A DNA stretch of 64,000 nt from an uncultured Nitrospinaceae bacterium (GTDB taxonomy: Bacteria > UBA8248), in assembly GCA_964005815.1 (NCBI GenBank), contig CAXFSR010000023.1, positions 32,001 through 96,000 of the forward strand, read 5' to 3'. The notes beneath the pieces were generated by a model. It was not told where the DNA came from and made no database searches. It worked only from the letters and a program-made list of their open reading frames with translations. Shown piece by piece: positions 41,907 to 52,649 of the stretch (positions within the stretch are counted from its first letter, which is position 1; each line of letters begins with the position of its first letter). Position numbers and translations under genes: made by a program.

Positions 41907-42341
41907 ATGGTTTTGCTTGCATTCACAAAACAAACTGATTATGGTCTGATGGCCTTGCATTATCTTGCAACCCACTTTGAAAATGATAGCGCTACGAATG
42001 CTAAGACTATAGCACAGGCATGCGCCTTGCCTTCTGAGTTACTCGCCAAAACAATGCAATTGTTGGCTAAGAAAGGACTTGTTGAATCGAAAAATGGTCC
42101 AAAAGGGGGATATGTTTTAGCAAAAGAGCCAGATTCAATTACGATTGCAGAGGTTGTAAGGGCAATAGAGGGACCGATTGCCATAACAAGTTGTCAGATT
42201 GCAGGTGCCGATGACTGCAAACAATACAGAAATTGCTCTATTTTTCATCCTATGGGGCAACTTCAAGGGAGAATAACTGAATTACTTGAAGGGATGACTA
42301 TTTTCGATATGGCCGGTATGCCGGCGGGAGAAATAAAATGA
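41907..42341 (+). CDS. iscR: Rrf2 family transcriptional regulator (IscR-like)
   Basis: GPKGGYVLA, three C-terminal Cys; first gene of the isc operon. Confidence 0.85.
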   Translation: MVLLAFTKQTDYGLMALHYLATHFENDSATNAKTIAQACALPSELLAKTMQLLAKKGLVESKNGPKGGYVLAKEPDSITIAEVVRAIEGPIAITSCQIAGADDCKQYRNCSIFHPMGQLQGRITELLEGMTIFDMAGMPAGEIK

Positions 42342-43558
42342 GCCTAAAGTTCCCAATTTATATGGACTACCAAGCAACGACGCCAATGGATCCCAGAGTA
42401 CTTGAGGCAATGACGCCTTATTTTACAGATACATTTGGCAACGCAGCTAGCAGGAACCACAGTTATGGGTGGGAAGCTGAAAAAGCTGTTGATAAGGCAA
42501 GAGAACAAATTGCAAATGTTATTAATGCCGATCCAAGAGAAATAATTTTTACAAGCGGAGCCACTGAATCGGACAATATGGCCCTCAAGGGGGTTGCTGA
42601 AATGTATAAGAGTAAGGGGAATCATATAGTTACATCTTCTATAGAACACAAAGCTATAATTGATTCCGCAAAAAGACTTGAAACATGGGGGTTTGATGTA
42701 ACTTATATCGATCCTCCAGATGACGGAATTACTTCTCTTAAAATGATAGAGAATGCAATTAGGGAAGATACGATTTTGGTTTCTATCATGCATGCGAATA
42801 ATGAGATAGGGGTTATTAATCCTATTGAAGAAATTGGCAAATTTTGCCATGAGAAAGGAATTCTCTTTCATACAGATGCAACGCAAGGTTTTGGAAAAGT
42901 TCCAATAGATGTAAATGAAATGGGTATAGATCTTTTATCTGCAACTGCCCATAAGGTATATGGTCCAAAAGGTATTGGGATGCTCTATGTTAGAAGACGA
43001 AAGCCTAGGGTTCGTCTTTCAGCCATAATTGATGGTGGGGGACATGAACGAGGAATGCGTTCTGGAACCTTGAATGTTTCTGGTATTGTTGGATTTGGGA
43101 AAGCAGCTGAGTTATGTTCGGAAGAAATGGAAAGTGAAACGATTCGCCTCACTAATTTGCGAGATAAATTTAGGGCCACAATTTTTGAAAGTTTAGAAGA
43201 AGTTTATGTAAATGGACACGAAACTAATCGTTTGCCAGGAAATTTAAACATCAGTTATCCGTATGTTGAGGGAGAATCTTTAATAATGGGGCTTAGTGAT
43301 GTAGCGGTTTCTTCCGGGTCTGCATGTACTTCTGCTAGCTTAGAGCCAAGCTATGTTCTAAAATCCATGGGAAAAGGCGATGAATTGGCGCACTCTTCTA
43401 TTAGGTATGGATTTGGACGTTTCTCTACTGAAGAAGAAATAGATTATGTAGCAGAAAAGACAGCCTCAATAGTGAAAAGACTTCGAGAGATGAGCCCTCT
43501 TTATGAAATGGTGAAAGAGGGAGTGGATCTTTCAAAAGTTGAATGGCAATCTCATTAA
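42338..43558 (+). CDS. iscS: Cysteine desulfurase IscS
   Basis: [32 protein letters not shown]. Confidence 0.97.
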   Translation: MSLKFPIYMDYQATTPMDPRVLEAMTPYFTDTFGNAASRNHSYGWEAEKAVDKAREQIANVINADPREIIFTSGATESDNMALKGVAEMYKSKGNHIVTSSIEHKAIIDSAKRLETWGFDVTYIDPPDDGITSLKMIENAIREDTILVSIMHANNEIGVINPIEEIGKFCHEKGILFHTDATQGFGKVPIDVNEMGIDLLSATAHKVYGPKGIGMLYVRRRKPRVRLSAIIDGGGHERGMRSGTLNVSGIVGFGKAAELCSEEMESETIRLTNLRDKFRATIFESLEEVYVNGHETNRLPGNLNISYPYVEGESLIMGLSDVAVSSGSACTSASLEPSYVLKSMGKGDELAHSSIRYGFGRFSTEEEIDYVAEKTASIVKRLREMSPLYEMVKEGVDLSKVEWQSH

Positions 43559-43602
43559 TTAAAATGATCAAAAACTATATCTAAGATAGGAGATTTTTCA
43601 AA

Positions 43603-44013
43603 ATGGCTTATAGTGACAAAGTTGTAGATCATTACAATAATCCACGCAATGTTGGTTCTTTGGATAAAGCTGATAAAACCGTAGGAACTGGAATCGTTGG
43701 CGCGCCGGAGTGTGGTGATGTGATGAAACTGCAAATTAAAGTTAATGATAGCGGTGTTATAGAAGATGCAAAATTTAAAACTTTTGGTTGTGGAAGTGCC
43801 ATTGCTTCTAGTTCACTTGCCACTGAATGGCTAAAAGGGAAAAATCTAGATGAAGCACATGAAATACAAAACACACAGATAGTTGAAGAGTTGAATCTTC
43901 CTCCTGTAAAAATCCATTGCTCCGTTTTGGCAGAAGACGCAATAAAAACAGCCTTAAATGATTATCGCTCTAAGAATGGAATGGAAGAAGTTGAACACGA
44001 AGGACATCATTAG
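43603..44013 (+). CDS. iscU: Fe-S cluster scaffold IscU
   Basis: GAPECGDVM, FGCGSAIASS, LPPVKIHC. Confidence 0.98.
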   Translation: MAYSDKVVDHYNNPRNVGSLDKADKTVGTGIVGAPECGDVMKLQIKVNDSGVIEDAKFKTFGCGSAIASSSLATEWLKGKNLDEAHEIQNTQIVEELNLPPVKIHCSVLAEDAIKTALNDYRSKNGMEEVEHEGHH

Positions 44014-44036
44014 GCGCATTTTAGAAAGGGACACCT

Positions 44037-44393
44037 TTGAGCGTAGTTGATAAAAATAGAACTATAGAAATAACAGAAAAAGCAGTTGCTAATGCTAAGA
44101 GATTAATGGAAAAAGAAGGGAATCTTGATCAAGTTGTACGAGTTGGCGTTAAGGGCGGCGGCTGTTCAGGTCTTTCTTACGTTCTTAGATTCGAAGACAA
44201 GGAAAAAACAAATCCTCTTATAGATCAAGTACTCGAAAATAATTCGGTTTCCTTTGTTATTGACAAAAAAAGCCTTATTTTCTTAGCTGGAACAGTTTTG
44301 GATTTTGAAGATGGTCTGAATGGACAGGGGTTCACTTTTAAAAATCCAAACGCACGACAATCATGTGGTTGTGGGGAAAGTTTTTCCGCCTAG
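44037..44393 (+). CDS. iscA: Fe-S cluster assembly protein IscA
   Basis: GGGCSG, CGCGESF. Confidence 0.95.
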   Translation: MSVVDKNRTIEITEKAVANAKRLMEKEGNLDQVVRVGVKGGGCSGLSYVLRFEDKEKTNPLIDQVLENNSVSFVIDKKSLIFLAGTVLDFEDGLNGQGFTFKNPNARQSCGCGESFSA

Positions 44394-44408
44394 GAGATAA
44401 TTTTTAGT

Positions 44409-44450
44409 AAACGCGACGCGCTCATTAACTTTAACGCGGCGCGTTTTTTA
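44409..44450 (+). terminator. Hairpin / internal terminator between iscA and hscB
   Basis: AAACGCGACGCG-(14 nt)-CGCGGCGCGTTT followed by T residues. Confidence 0.55.
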
Positions 44451-44495
44451 ATTAGGTGATCCTATTTTAGAAAAGGAATGTAAGGGGATAATTTC

Positions 44496-45131
44496 TTGCT
44501 GGAATCTAATTCTTTTGATTTATTCAATAAGAATGGTTCAATAAAACCTATTCCTAATGAAATAGATCATTTTTCTCTTTTAGGTTTACCAAGAAAGATG
44601 AATTTAGATTCTAGTATTTTAGAGAAAAATTTTTTTAATTTAAGTAAACAGTTACATCCGGATTTTTATCAAAATGCCGATACAACGGAAAAAATAAGAA
44701 GTTTGGATGCTACCGCTAGAATTAATGAAGCGAAAAGAGTTCTGAATGACCGTATTCTCCGAATGATCTATTTGGTTGAATTAGAGAGCGGAAAATTAAA
44801 AGAAAATGATTCTAATCCCCCTGCAGATTTGTTGGAAGATATTTTAGATGCGCAAGAGGCAGCTGCAGAGCTTGAATGTTGTTTTGAAGAAGACAAAGCG
44901 GAAGAGTTGAAATGTCGGGTTTTGGCTGCGAAAGAATGTTTTGAAACTTTCAGAATATCGCAAAATAAAACTCTAGAAGAATATGCCAAAGCTTGGGATG
45001 ATGGAGTAGAAGGCAAATCTTTATCCACCAATGATTTGGTGCATAAAATTAGATTAGTGTTAAGTCTCAGAAATTATATTGAAAATATTTTATCAAGTTT
45101 AGACAGGGCAATGGGTTCTTATAGTGAATGA
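44496..45131 (+). CDS. hscB: Fe-S co-chaperone HscB
   Basis: J-domain HPD motif; position between iscA and hscA. Confidence 0.9.
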   Translation: MLESNSFDLFNKNGSIKPIPNEIDHFSLLGLPRKMNLDSSILEKNFFNLSKQLHPDFYQNADTTEKIRSLDATARINEAKRVLNDRILRMIYLVELESGKLKENDSNPPADLLEDILDAQEAAAELECCFEEDKAEELKCRVLAAKECFETFRISQNKTLEEYAKAWDDGVEGKSLSTNDLVHKIRLVLSLRNYIENILSSLDRAMGSYSE

Positions 45132-46965
45132 TATAATTGGCATTGATTTAGGAACGACGAATAGTTTAGTCGCTTACGCCGACAATAAAGGTCCTTTTAT
45201 TATTTCTTCAAATGGCGAGGACAATGTTTTTCCCTCTGTCGTATCTTTTTATAATGACCGCGTTTTATGTGGTTATGAAGCTTTAGAATCTCGAAAAACA
45301 AATAGTAGAGGTACAGTTTTTTCGGTAAAACGGTTTATGGGAAAAGGTTATGATGATGTTAAAAATGAACTTGGATTTATTCCCTTTGAAATTGATCCCG
45401 AGGAAAAAGAGGTTGTTCATGTTAAAGCTAGAGGAAAGTCATATAGTGGTCCCGAAATAAGCTCAATAATCTTAAGATCTCTAAAAACAAGAGCTGAAAA
45501 ATCTTTAGGAAGAGCATTTACGAAAGCCGTAATTACAGTCCCAGCGTATTTTAATGATTCTCAAAGACAGGCAACAAAAGATGCGGGAAGATTAGCAGGG
45601 CTTGATGTTCTTCGAATTCTAAACGAACCAACCGCTGCATCGCTTGCTTATGGTCTTCATGAAAAAAATCGTGGTGTTATTGCTGTTTATGATCTAGGTG
45701 GGGGAACGTTCGATATCTCGATTTTAAGAGTTAAAAATGGTGTTTTTGAAGTTTTGTCTACAGGTGGTGATACACACCTAGGAGGAGATGATTTTGATAG
45801 ATTATTATCAGAATTAATAAACGAGAAATTAAAAAATCAATTTTCTATTGATTTACACAATTCTTCTGAAGGAATTTCTAGGTTGATTCTCTTGGCGGAG
45901 AAAACAAAAATTTCTTTTTCTAATTTAGAACTTAATTCAAAAAAAATAATTATCGAAAATTTACCAAAAGTAAACAAACAGTGTGAAATTGAGATTACAC
46001 GTAAAGAACTAGAGTCTATTTTTGCTCCAATTATTAAACGAACTTTAAACGAATGTGAAAAAGTTCTTTCAGATGGAAATTTAACAAAAAAAGATGTTGA
46101 TGAGTTAATTTTAGTCGGTGGTTCAACACGTATGCCAATGGTAAAAGAAGCAGCAGAAAATTTTTTTCAAATTAAATCATATTCCGATATTAATCCTGAT
46201 GAAGTTGTAGCTCTAGGAGCAGCAGTACAAGGGCAAATTTTATCCGGGGACAGAAAAGACATGCTTTTACTTGATGTAACTCCACTTTCCTTGGGGATTG
46301 AAACTATAGGAGGAACAATGGGTTGGATTCTTCCTAGGAATACTACAATTCCTGCTAGTGCAAAGGAAATGTATACTACTTCTGAAGATAACCAAACAGG
46401 AGTAAATATACATGTACTGCAAGGGGAAAGAGAATTAGCAAAAGATAATAGGTCTTTATCTAGATTTCGTTTAAAAATTGATCCTGTTGCAGCTGGAATT
46501 CCTAGAATTGAAGTTACATTTTTAATAGACGCAAATGGAATACTTAATGTAACTGCAAGAGATCTAAGAAGTGGGAAAGCTACCACTATAGAAGTACAAC
46601 CTTCATATGGTTTAACGGATGATAAAGTGGAAAAAATTCTACTAGAATCATTTGAGTTTGCTGAAGAAGATATACGTATGCGTCAATTGTTAGAATCTAA
46701 GAATGAAGCACACACAATTCTTGTTGCAACAATACGGGCTCTAGATAATGTAGACAATTTGAAAATTAGCGATGAAGAAATAAAAAAAATTAGAGATGTT
46801 ATTTCAGAACTTGAAAAAGAATGTAAGGGAGAAAATCCTAGTTCTATACGTGAAAAAATTGATTTATTAAATAAAACTACAATGCCGTTTGCGGATCAAA
46901 TTATGGACGATGTTCTTAAGTCTGCGCTTGAAAACAGAAAATTAAGTGAAGCTCTTAAAGATTAA
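45124..46965 (+). CDS. hscA: Fe-S chaperone HscA (Hsp70 family)
   Basis: [27 protein letters not shown]; isc operon context. Confidence 0.93.
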   Translation: MNDIIGIDLGTTNSLVAYADNKGPFIISSNGEDNVFPSVVSFYNDRVLCGYEALESRKTNSRGTVFSVKRFMGKGYDDVKNELGFIPFEIDPEEKEVVHVKARGKSYSGPEISSIILRSLKTRAEKSLGRAFTKAVITVPAYFNDSQRQATKDAGRLAGLDVLRILNEPTAASLAYGLHEKNRGVIAVYDLGGGTFDISILRVKNGVFEVLSTGGDTHLGGDDFDRLLSELINEKLKNQFSIDLHNSSEGISRLILLAEKTKISFSNLELNSKKIIIENLPKVNKQCEIEITRKELESIFAPIIKRTLNECEKVLSDGNLTKKDVDELILVGGSTRMPMVKEAAENFFQIKSYSDINPDEVVALGAAVQGQILSGDRKDMLLLDVTPLSLGIETIGGTMGWILPRNTTIPASAKEMYTTSEDNQTGVNIHVLQGERELAKDNRSLSRFRLKIDPVAAGIPRIEVTFLIDANGILNVTARDLRSGKATTIEVQPSYGLTDDKVEKILLESFEFAEEDIRMRQLLESKNEAHTILVATIRALDNVDNLKISDEEIKKIRDVISELEKECKGENPSSIREKIDLLNKTTMPFADQIMDDVLKSALENRKLSEALKD

Positions 46966-47003
46966 TTGGATATTTTATCTTTCATTGGGCTAAAGGGGGT
47001 CAT

Positions 47004-47348
47004 GTGGCAAAAATTTTTATACAAGAAGAAGAAAAGACAATTGAAATAAAAGTTGGAGAAAATATTTTGGAAGCAGCTTTAGGCAATGGAATAGATTTAG
47101 ATCATGCTTGTGGTGGAGTTTGTGCCTGCTCTACTTGCCACATCAAAATCCGAGAAGGAATAGATTTGTTTAATGAAGCAACCGAAGATGAAGAAGATCA
47201 ATTGGATGATGCTAGAGATATAGAACTTTGTAGCAGATTAGCTTGCCAGGCTGTTTTGCAAAAAGAGTCAGCAGAGTTAATTAAAGTCGAAATTCCATTC
47301 TGGAATGTTAATTTGGTCCAAGAAGGTCCAGATGCGGCTCATGCTTAA
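47004..47348 (+). CDS. fdx: ISC-type [2Fe-2S] ferredoxin
   Basis: HACGGVCACSTCH, SRLACQ. Confidence 0.95.
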   Translation: MAKIFIQEEEKTIEIKVGENILEAALGNGIDLDHACGGVCACSTCHIKIREGIDLFNEATEDEEDQLDDARDIELCSRLACQAVLQKESAELIKVEIPFWNVNLVQEGPDAAHA

Positions 47349-47365
47349 AAAGGAGATTTTTTAAA

Positions 47366-47581
47366 TTGGAACAATTTGGTTGGGATGATCCTGAAGATAT
47401 AGCAATAGCACTATTCGAAAAAATGCCTAATGTGGATCCACTTACGGTGCGTTTTACAGATCTGCATGATTGGGTTTGTGAGCTAGAAAATTTTAATGAC
47501 GATGCAATGAAATCTACAGAAGGTAAGCTCGAATCTATACAAATGGCGTGGCTAGAAGAATACAATGATTCTGTGAACTAA
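47366..47581 (+). CDS. iscX: Fe-S assembly protein IscX (YfhJ)
   Basis: DIAIAL...VRFTDLHDWV...LESIQMAWLEE. Confidence 0.93.
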   Translation: MEQFGWDDPEDIAIALFEKMPNVDPLTVRFTDLHDWVCELENFNDDAMKSTEGKLESIQMAWLEEYNDSVN

Positions 47582-47709
47582 TTATTTTTATGCTAAAAGT
47601 TTTGATAGCATTTTCGTTTCTTTCATTTTTCAAAACACAGTATAGTTTTTTCTAAATCTTTTTATACTTCTTTTTTCAAGTTCCTACCAGAAATTACTAA
47701 AGTATAATT

Positions 47710-48528
47710 GTGGAGGTTGTTAAAAAAATGGGTTTGAATTCAGATAAAATTATTTGTGATAAAAAAGGGTCTATTGCAACCGTAATAATCAATGCTCCTG
47801 ACAGAATGAATGCAATAGAATTAGAAATGTGGGCAGAAATTCAAAAGGTAATGTCTAAGTTGTCGGGCGATTCTTCGGTTCGTGTTGTTGTTTTTAGAGG
47901 AGAAGGGAGTAAAGCATTTTCTTCAGGTGCTGATATTTCAAGATTTGCAGAAGAACGTTTTAATTCAAAACAAGCTAAAAATTATGCGTCCTCGGGATTT
48001 TTGGAAGGGTTGAAATCGGTTGGCAGTTTTCCAAAACCAGTTCTTTCTTTAATACAAGGTTATTGTGTAGGTGGTGGGATGGAGCTAGCTGCTGCTACTG
48101 ACTTAAGAATAGCAGGAGAGAGCAGTATGTTTGGAATCCCTGCAGCCAAATTAGGATTAGTTGCTGGGCATTCAGAGTTAAAACATTTTGTTCAAAAAAT
48201 TGGACCAACAAAAACAATAGAAATGCTTTTTACTGGTAGACTTTATACTTCGAATGAAATGTTTTCTGCAGGATATTTAACACAAATTGTACCTGACATA
48301 GAAGTTGAAAAAACTACATATGATTTAGCAGAAAGAATTGCTTCTTTGTCTCCATTGTCACATATGTGGCATAAAAGTTTTATAGATCGGATTTTATTAG
48401 ATCCAAGCTTCCACTCATTATCAGAAAAAGATTTTAACGAAGAATTTGACTGCTTTGATACAGAAGATTTTAAAGAAGGTGTTAGTGCTTTTCTTGAAAA
48501 GAGAAAAGCAAATTTTAAAGGGAGATAG
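47710..48528 (+). CDS. Enoyl-CoA hydratase/isomerase
   Basis: AFSSGADI, GYCVGGG, EKRKANFKGR. Confidence 0.9.
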   Translation: MEVVKKMGLNSDKIICDKKGSIATVIINAPDRMNAIELEMWAEIQKVMSKLSGDSSVRVVVFRGEGSKAFSSGADISRFAEERFNSKQAKNYASSGFLEGLKSVGSFPKPVLSLIQGYCVGGGMELAAATDLRIAGESSMFGIPAAKLGLVAGHSELKHFVQKIGPTKTIEMLFTGRLYTSNEMFSAGYLTQIVPDIEVEKTTYDLAERIASLSPLSHMWHKSFIDRILLDPSFHSLSEKDFNEEFDCFDTEDFKEGVSAFLEKRKANFKGR

Positions 48529-48560
48529 AAATCGAAACGACTCATGGTGCTTTAGAGGGA

Positions 48561-49730
48561 ATGAAGGTAATAGAAGTTTGTCAAGTAATGGCAGGCCCAT
48601 TTTGTGGTTGTTTGTTAGCAGATATGGGTGCTGATGTAATGAAAGTAGAAAATCCAGATGGTGGAGATACCGCAAGAGACATGGGCCGTTATTTTGATGG
48701 TGGTGAAGGACATGGTTTTATGAATCTTAATCGGAACAAACGTAGTATAGTTGTTAACCTCAAGAAAGAGTCAGGAATAAAACTTTTAAAAGAATTAATA
48801 AAAAAAGCTGATGTTTTTGTCGAAAACTTAAGGCCCGGCACAATTGATAGAATGGGATTGGGCTATAATGATCTAAAAAGTATAAATAATGCTATTATTT
48901 ATGCCTCGATTTCAGGATATGGCAAAACAGGCCCTTTTTCTGAAAAAGGCGGGTTTGATTTAGTGTCCCAAGGACTTTCAAGTCTAATGAGTTTTACAGG
49001 AGAGCAGGGAGGGACACCTTCTAAAATACCAGTTCCAATTTGTGATTTAAATGCTGGAATGTATACAGCATTTTCTATTTTGTCTGCATACATACATAAA
49101 CAAAAAACAGGTTTTGGACAGTTTATTGATACTTCACTTACAGATTCAGGACTAGGATATACTTTTTGGGCGGCCTCTCAATTTTTTCCAACTGGGGAAA
49201 TCCCTGTTCCTCGAGGTTCTGCCCATGAAATGACAGCTCCATATCAAGCGATCAAATGTAAAGATGGTTTTTTAGTTTTAGGTGCTGCAAACCAAAAAAG
49301 CTGGGAAAGATTATGCAAAGCGATTGAAAGAGAAGAACTTTTAATACACCCAGATTATGCGGAAAATTCGTCTAGAACAGAAAATTACAAGCAACTTGCA
49401 AAGGATCTTGAGTTAGAGTTTGTGAAGAAAAACAGAGATGAATGGATTAAATTATTAGATGAAGCAAAAGTACCCTGTGGTCCTATTTTAAATATGCAGG
49501 AAACATTCTCACATCCACAAATTCAAGCTCGAAACATGTGTATTGAGATAGATCATCCGAAAGCAGGCCCTGTAAAGGTTTTGGGATTTCCTCCAAAACT
49601 TTCTTTGACTCCCGGTATTATAAGAAAACCCTCTCCTGTTTTAGGGGAACACACAGACGAAATTCTACTTGAATACGGTAAGACCAAAGAAGCAATTTCA
49701 GAATTGCGAAAAAAGAAAATTATCAATTAA
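48561..49730 (+). CDS. CaiB/BaiF family III CoA-transferase
   Basis: AGPFC, LADMGADV, NRNKRS, ENLRPG, LGEHTDE. Confidence 0.92.
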   Translation: MKVIEVCQVMAGPFCGCLLADMGADVMKVENPDGGDTARDMGRYFDGGEGHGFMNLNRNKRSIVVNLKKESGIKLLKELIKKADVFVENLRPGTIDRMGLGYNDLKSINNAIIYASISGYGKTGPFSEKGGFDLVSQGLSSLMSFTGEQGGTPSKIPVPICDLNAGMYTAFSILSAYIHKQKTGFGQFIDTSLTDSGLGYTFWAASQFFPTGEIPVPRGSAHEMTAPYQAIKCKDGFLVLGAANQKSWERLCKAIEREELLIHPDYAENSSRTENYKQLAKDLELEFVKKNRDEWIKLLDEAKVPCGPILNMQETFSHPQIQARNMCIEIDHPKAGPVKVLGFPPKLSLTPGIIRKPSPVLGEHTDEILLEYGKTKEAISELRKKKIIN

Positions 49731-49741
49731 TAGAGGTTTAA

Positions 49742-50431
49742 ATGTCGGAACTTAGCCCCGGTATTTATCTTGTTTCAACACCGATTGGAAATCTAGGGGA
49801 TTTGTCCGAACGTCAAATAGAAATACTGTCAGAGTGCGATTTGATTGCATGCGAAGATACTCGAAGATCAAAAAAAATACTTGTTAAATTAAAATTAAAA
49901 AAAAACTTAATTAGCTATTATGAACATAATGAACTACGAAGATCCCTTACTTTGATAGATCATGTTTTAAATGGAAAGAGTGTAGCAGTTGTTTCTGATG
50001 CAGGAACACCTGGAATTTCTGATCCCGCTTATCGAGTTGTTTTAGAGGCAATAAAAAACAATGTTCCGATTATTCCTATTCCTGGACCTTGTTCAATTAT
50101 TGCAGCGCTTGTTGCGTCTGGTTTGCCAACAGACAGTTTTATTTTTGAAGGTTTTTTGCCGCAAAAAGGAGAAAAAAGGAGAGAAAGAATTCAAACATTA
50201 CTCAATGAAAATAGAACAGTTGTTGTGTTTGAATCACCTTTTAGGATACATAAGCTAGTTGACCAAATTGTTTTGCTTGATTCTGAACGAAAAATTGTAA
50301 TAGCTCGCGAACTTACAAAAGTATATGAGGAATTTATTAGAGGAACTTCTTTAGAAGTTTCTCAACTTTTAAGCAATAGAAAGTTAAAGGGCGAAATTGT
50401 CGTCATAATAGATCGAAAAAAAATCAACTGA
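49742..50431 (+). CDS. rsmI: 16S rRNA (cytidine1402-2'-O)-methyltransferase
   Basis: TPIGNLGD, EDTR, SDAGTPGISDP, ARELTKVYEE. Confidence 0.95.
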   Translation: MSELSPGIYLVSTPIGNLGDLSERQIEILSECDLIACEDTRRSKKILVKLKLKKNLISYYEHNELRRSLTLIDHVLNGKSVAVVSDAGTPGISDPAYRVVLEAIKNNVPIIPIPGPCSIIAALVASGLPTDSFIFEGFLPQKGEKRRERIQTLLNENRTVVVFESPFRIHKLVDQIVLLDSERKIVIARELTKVYEEFIRGTSLEVSQLLSNRKLKGEIVVIIDRKKIN

Positions 50432-51716
50432 TTTTTTTCTCACGCTGTATGGTTCTATGAAGTAAAATTGATAAAAACAAAGCAAAAAACATTAAGCATG
50501 AAATAGTTATAAAAGGAATTGTATAGCTTTTAGTTGCATCAAACATGAAACCTGCAAAAGGAGCGCCTAAGACCCCTCCGAATCCGTAACAGATTTCCAT
50601 AAATCCTATGATAATCCCATAATTAGGACCTTCAAAACAATCGCCGCAAAGAGCTGAATAACATGCACTCATAGCCCCAGTACCGATTCCGTAAATAATC
50701 GCAAAAATAAAACCATAGGTTAAGCTCGAACCAAAATTTGGCAATAGTATTAAAAAAACAATGCCCATGCCAACTATAAAGGAAGCAAGCGAGACCCCAT
50801 ATGCACGTCCAATCAGATCGCCTACCCAACCCCCAATTACACTGCCTATTGTTCTTATAAATCCGACGGAACCGAAAATAATAGCTGCTGTTACGGGTAG
50901 ATATTTTACATCTATAAGATAAAGGGCAAGTTGACTCATAATTGTGTTGTTATTAAAACCAATTCCGAAAACTATAACCATTAAAAACCAAAACCTTTGA
51001 TCATGACGAACCTCTTTAAAAACATCACGTATTCCTTTTTTCTGATGTTTTTCTCCATAAACTTTTTCAAAATCTACTTTTGAACGTGGTGGATCCCCAT
51101 CGGGTCCTTGACCCACATCTTCGGGATGATCTCTAAGGAAAAGAAAGCCGGTGGGAGCTATTACAAAAAGAATTACTAGCCCAAATATGAGATAGGTTAT
51201 TCTCCATCCAAAAATTGAAATTAGACGCTCTAAAATGGGAGCAAGGAACAAAATGCCTATACCTATTCCTGATAGTGCAATACCTGTTGCTCTGCCTCTT
51301 TTTTGTATAAACCAACGTGGCATAATTGCACTGTGGGTAGCGAATCCACTCAAGGCTAATCCGCCGCCGAGAAAAAACCCTATTAACAAATAAACTTCAA
51401 AAATCGAGGAAATAAAATAGGATAAAATTAAGGAGATTCCTAAAACAACAGAACCCCATGGCATTATAGCTTTAGGACCGTATTTGTCTAAAAGAGAGCC
51501 AGCTAGAGGAGCTCCTAGTGCATAGGTTGCCATTGAAAGAGCAAAAGCACCACCTAGCAATCCTCTGCCCCATTCGAATTCTTCGATTAGTGGAACCTGA
51601 AATATCCCAAAGGAGAACCGAGTGACGACATGGAATGCCAGTGTAAAATGAGAGAGACAGACAATGACCCAACCATAATAAAAGGTAGAAGAAGTTTTGT
51701 TTTCTTTTGTGTTCAT
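50424..51716 (-). CDS. MFS transporter
   Basis: Multi-TM; GSLLDKYGPK motif A, RWFIQKRGRATG. Confidence 0.9.
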   Translation of the reverse strand: MNTKENKTSSTFYYGWVIVCLSHFTLAFHVVTRFSFGIFQVPLIEEFEWGRGLLGGAFALSMATYALGAPLAGSLLDKYGPKAIMPWGSVVLGISLILSYFISSIFEVYLLIGFFLGGGLALSGFATHSAIMPRWFIQKRGRATGIALSGIGIGILFLAPILERLISIFGWRITYLIFGLVILFVIAPTGFLFLRDHPEDVGQGPDGDPPRSKVDFEKVYGEKHQKKGIRDVFKEVRHDQRFWFLMVIVFGIGFNNNTIMSQLALYLIDVKYLPVTAAIIFGSVGFIRTIGSVIGGWVGDLIGRAYGVSLASFIVGMGIVFLILLPNFGSSLTYGFIFAIIYGIGTGAMSACYSALCGDCFEGPNYGIIIGFMEICYGFGGVLGAPFAGFMFDATKSYTIPFITISCLMFFALFLSILLHRTIQREKKIS

Positions 51717-51755
51717 TAGAGGTAAAGACCCCTTTTTTATAATGCAAAAGAAGAT

Positions 51756-52640
51756 TTAAGCATTTATAAAGGATAACGAAGTTTGTAAGTGAATGTCTAC
51801 GGTGTCTTCAGGATCTTCTGCATAACCTCCGCCTAAAGTTCCCGCTATGGGAATAGACAATTTTTTACAACTTTCTATAACTAATTCATCTCTTTTTTGT
51901 AAGCCTTTCTTTGTAATTTTCAAAGAACCTAATTGATCACCAGAAAAAGGGTCGGCACCGGCTTGATAGATAACTAACTCAGGACGGTGTGAATTAAGAA
52001 TTTTTGGAATAATTTTTTCTATATGTCCTAAATAATCATTGTCTCCAGTTAGGTCATAAAGACCAATATCTAAATCGCTCTTTTCTTTTATTGGATAAAT
52101 ATTTTGCTGGTGAATCGAAAAGGTGAATACTCTATCATCGTTTCTGAAAATTCTGGCTGTTCCATTTCCTTGATGTAAATCACAATCTATTACGAGTGCA
52201 CGTTTAATTTTACTTTCGTTTTGCAAGACTGCAATCGCGACAGCTATATCATTAATATAGCAAAATCCTTCTGCTTTATTTTTAAATGCATGATGAAACC
52301 CACCATTTAAATTTATAGCATAGTTTTTTTGTAGAGCTTTTTTTGCTGCAAGTATTGTCCCTCCAGTAGCATACAGGAAAAAGTCTGCGATATGATTGTC
52401 CAAAGGCAACTCGCTGGAAATTGTTTTTGAGGTGTGTTTTCCAGAGAGGAACTCGTGAATGTATTCGCTCGAGTGGACTAAAGTTAATTCTTTAATGTTC
52501 GCCTTTAAAGGCTTACAAAAATTTTGTTTTTTAATATTCAATGCATTCAATCTGTCAAAAATTTTTTTATATTTATCTATTTGCATAACATGGTTGCCGA
52601 TCTCTGCGTGGTATTTTGGGTGGAAGATTATGGAGGTCAT
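51756..52640 (-). CDS. Histone deacetylase family protein
   Basis: GGFHHA, GFCYIND, DCDLHQGNGT, GADP, GGGY. Confidence 0.92.
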   Translation of the reverse strand: MTSIIFHPKYHAEIGNHVMQIDKYKKIFDRLNALNIKKQNFCKPLKANIKELTLVHSSEYIHEFLSGKHTSKTISSELPLDNHIADFFLYATGGTILAAKKALQKNYAINLNGGFHHAFKNKAEGFCYINDIAVAIAVLQNESKIKRALVIDCDLHQGNGTARIFRNDDRVFTFSIHQQNIYPIKEKSDLDIGLYDLTGDNDYLGHIEKIIPKILNSHRPELVIYQAGADPFSGDQLGSLKITKKGLQKRDELVIESCKKLSIPIAGTLGGGYAEDPEDTVDIHLQTSLSFINA

Positions 52641-52649
52641 TTCAGATGG

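Noticed and set aside
45124..46965. Calling this Hsp70 dnaK
   Set aside because: The isc operon context and the PSYGL motif indicate HscA.
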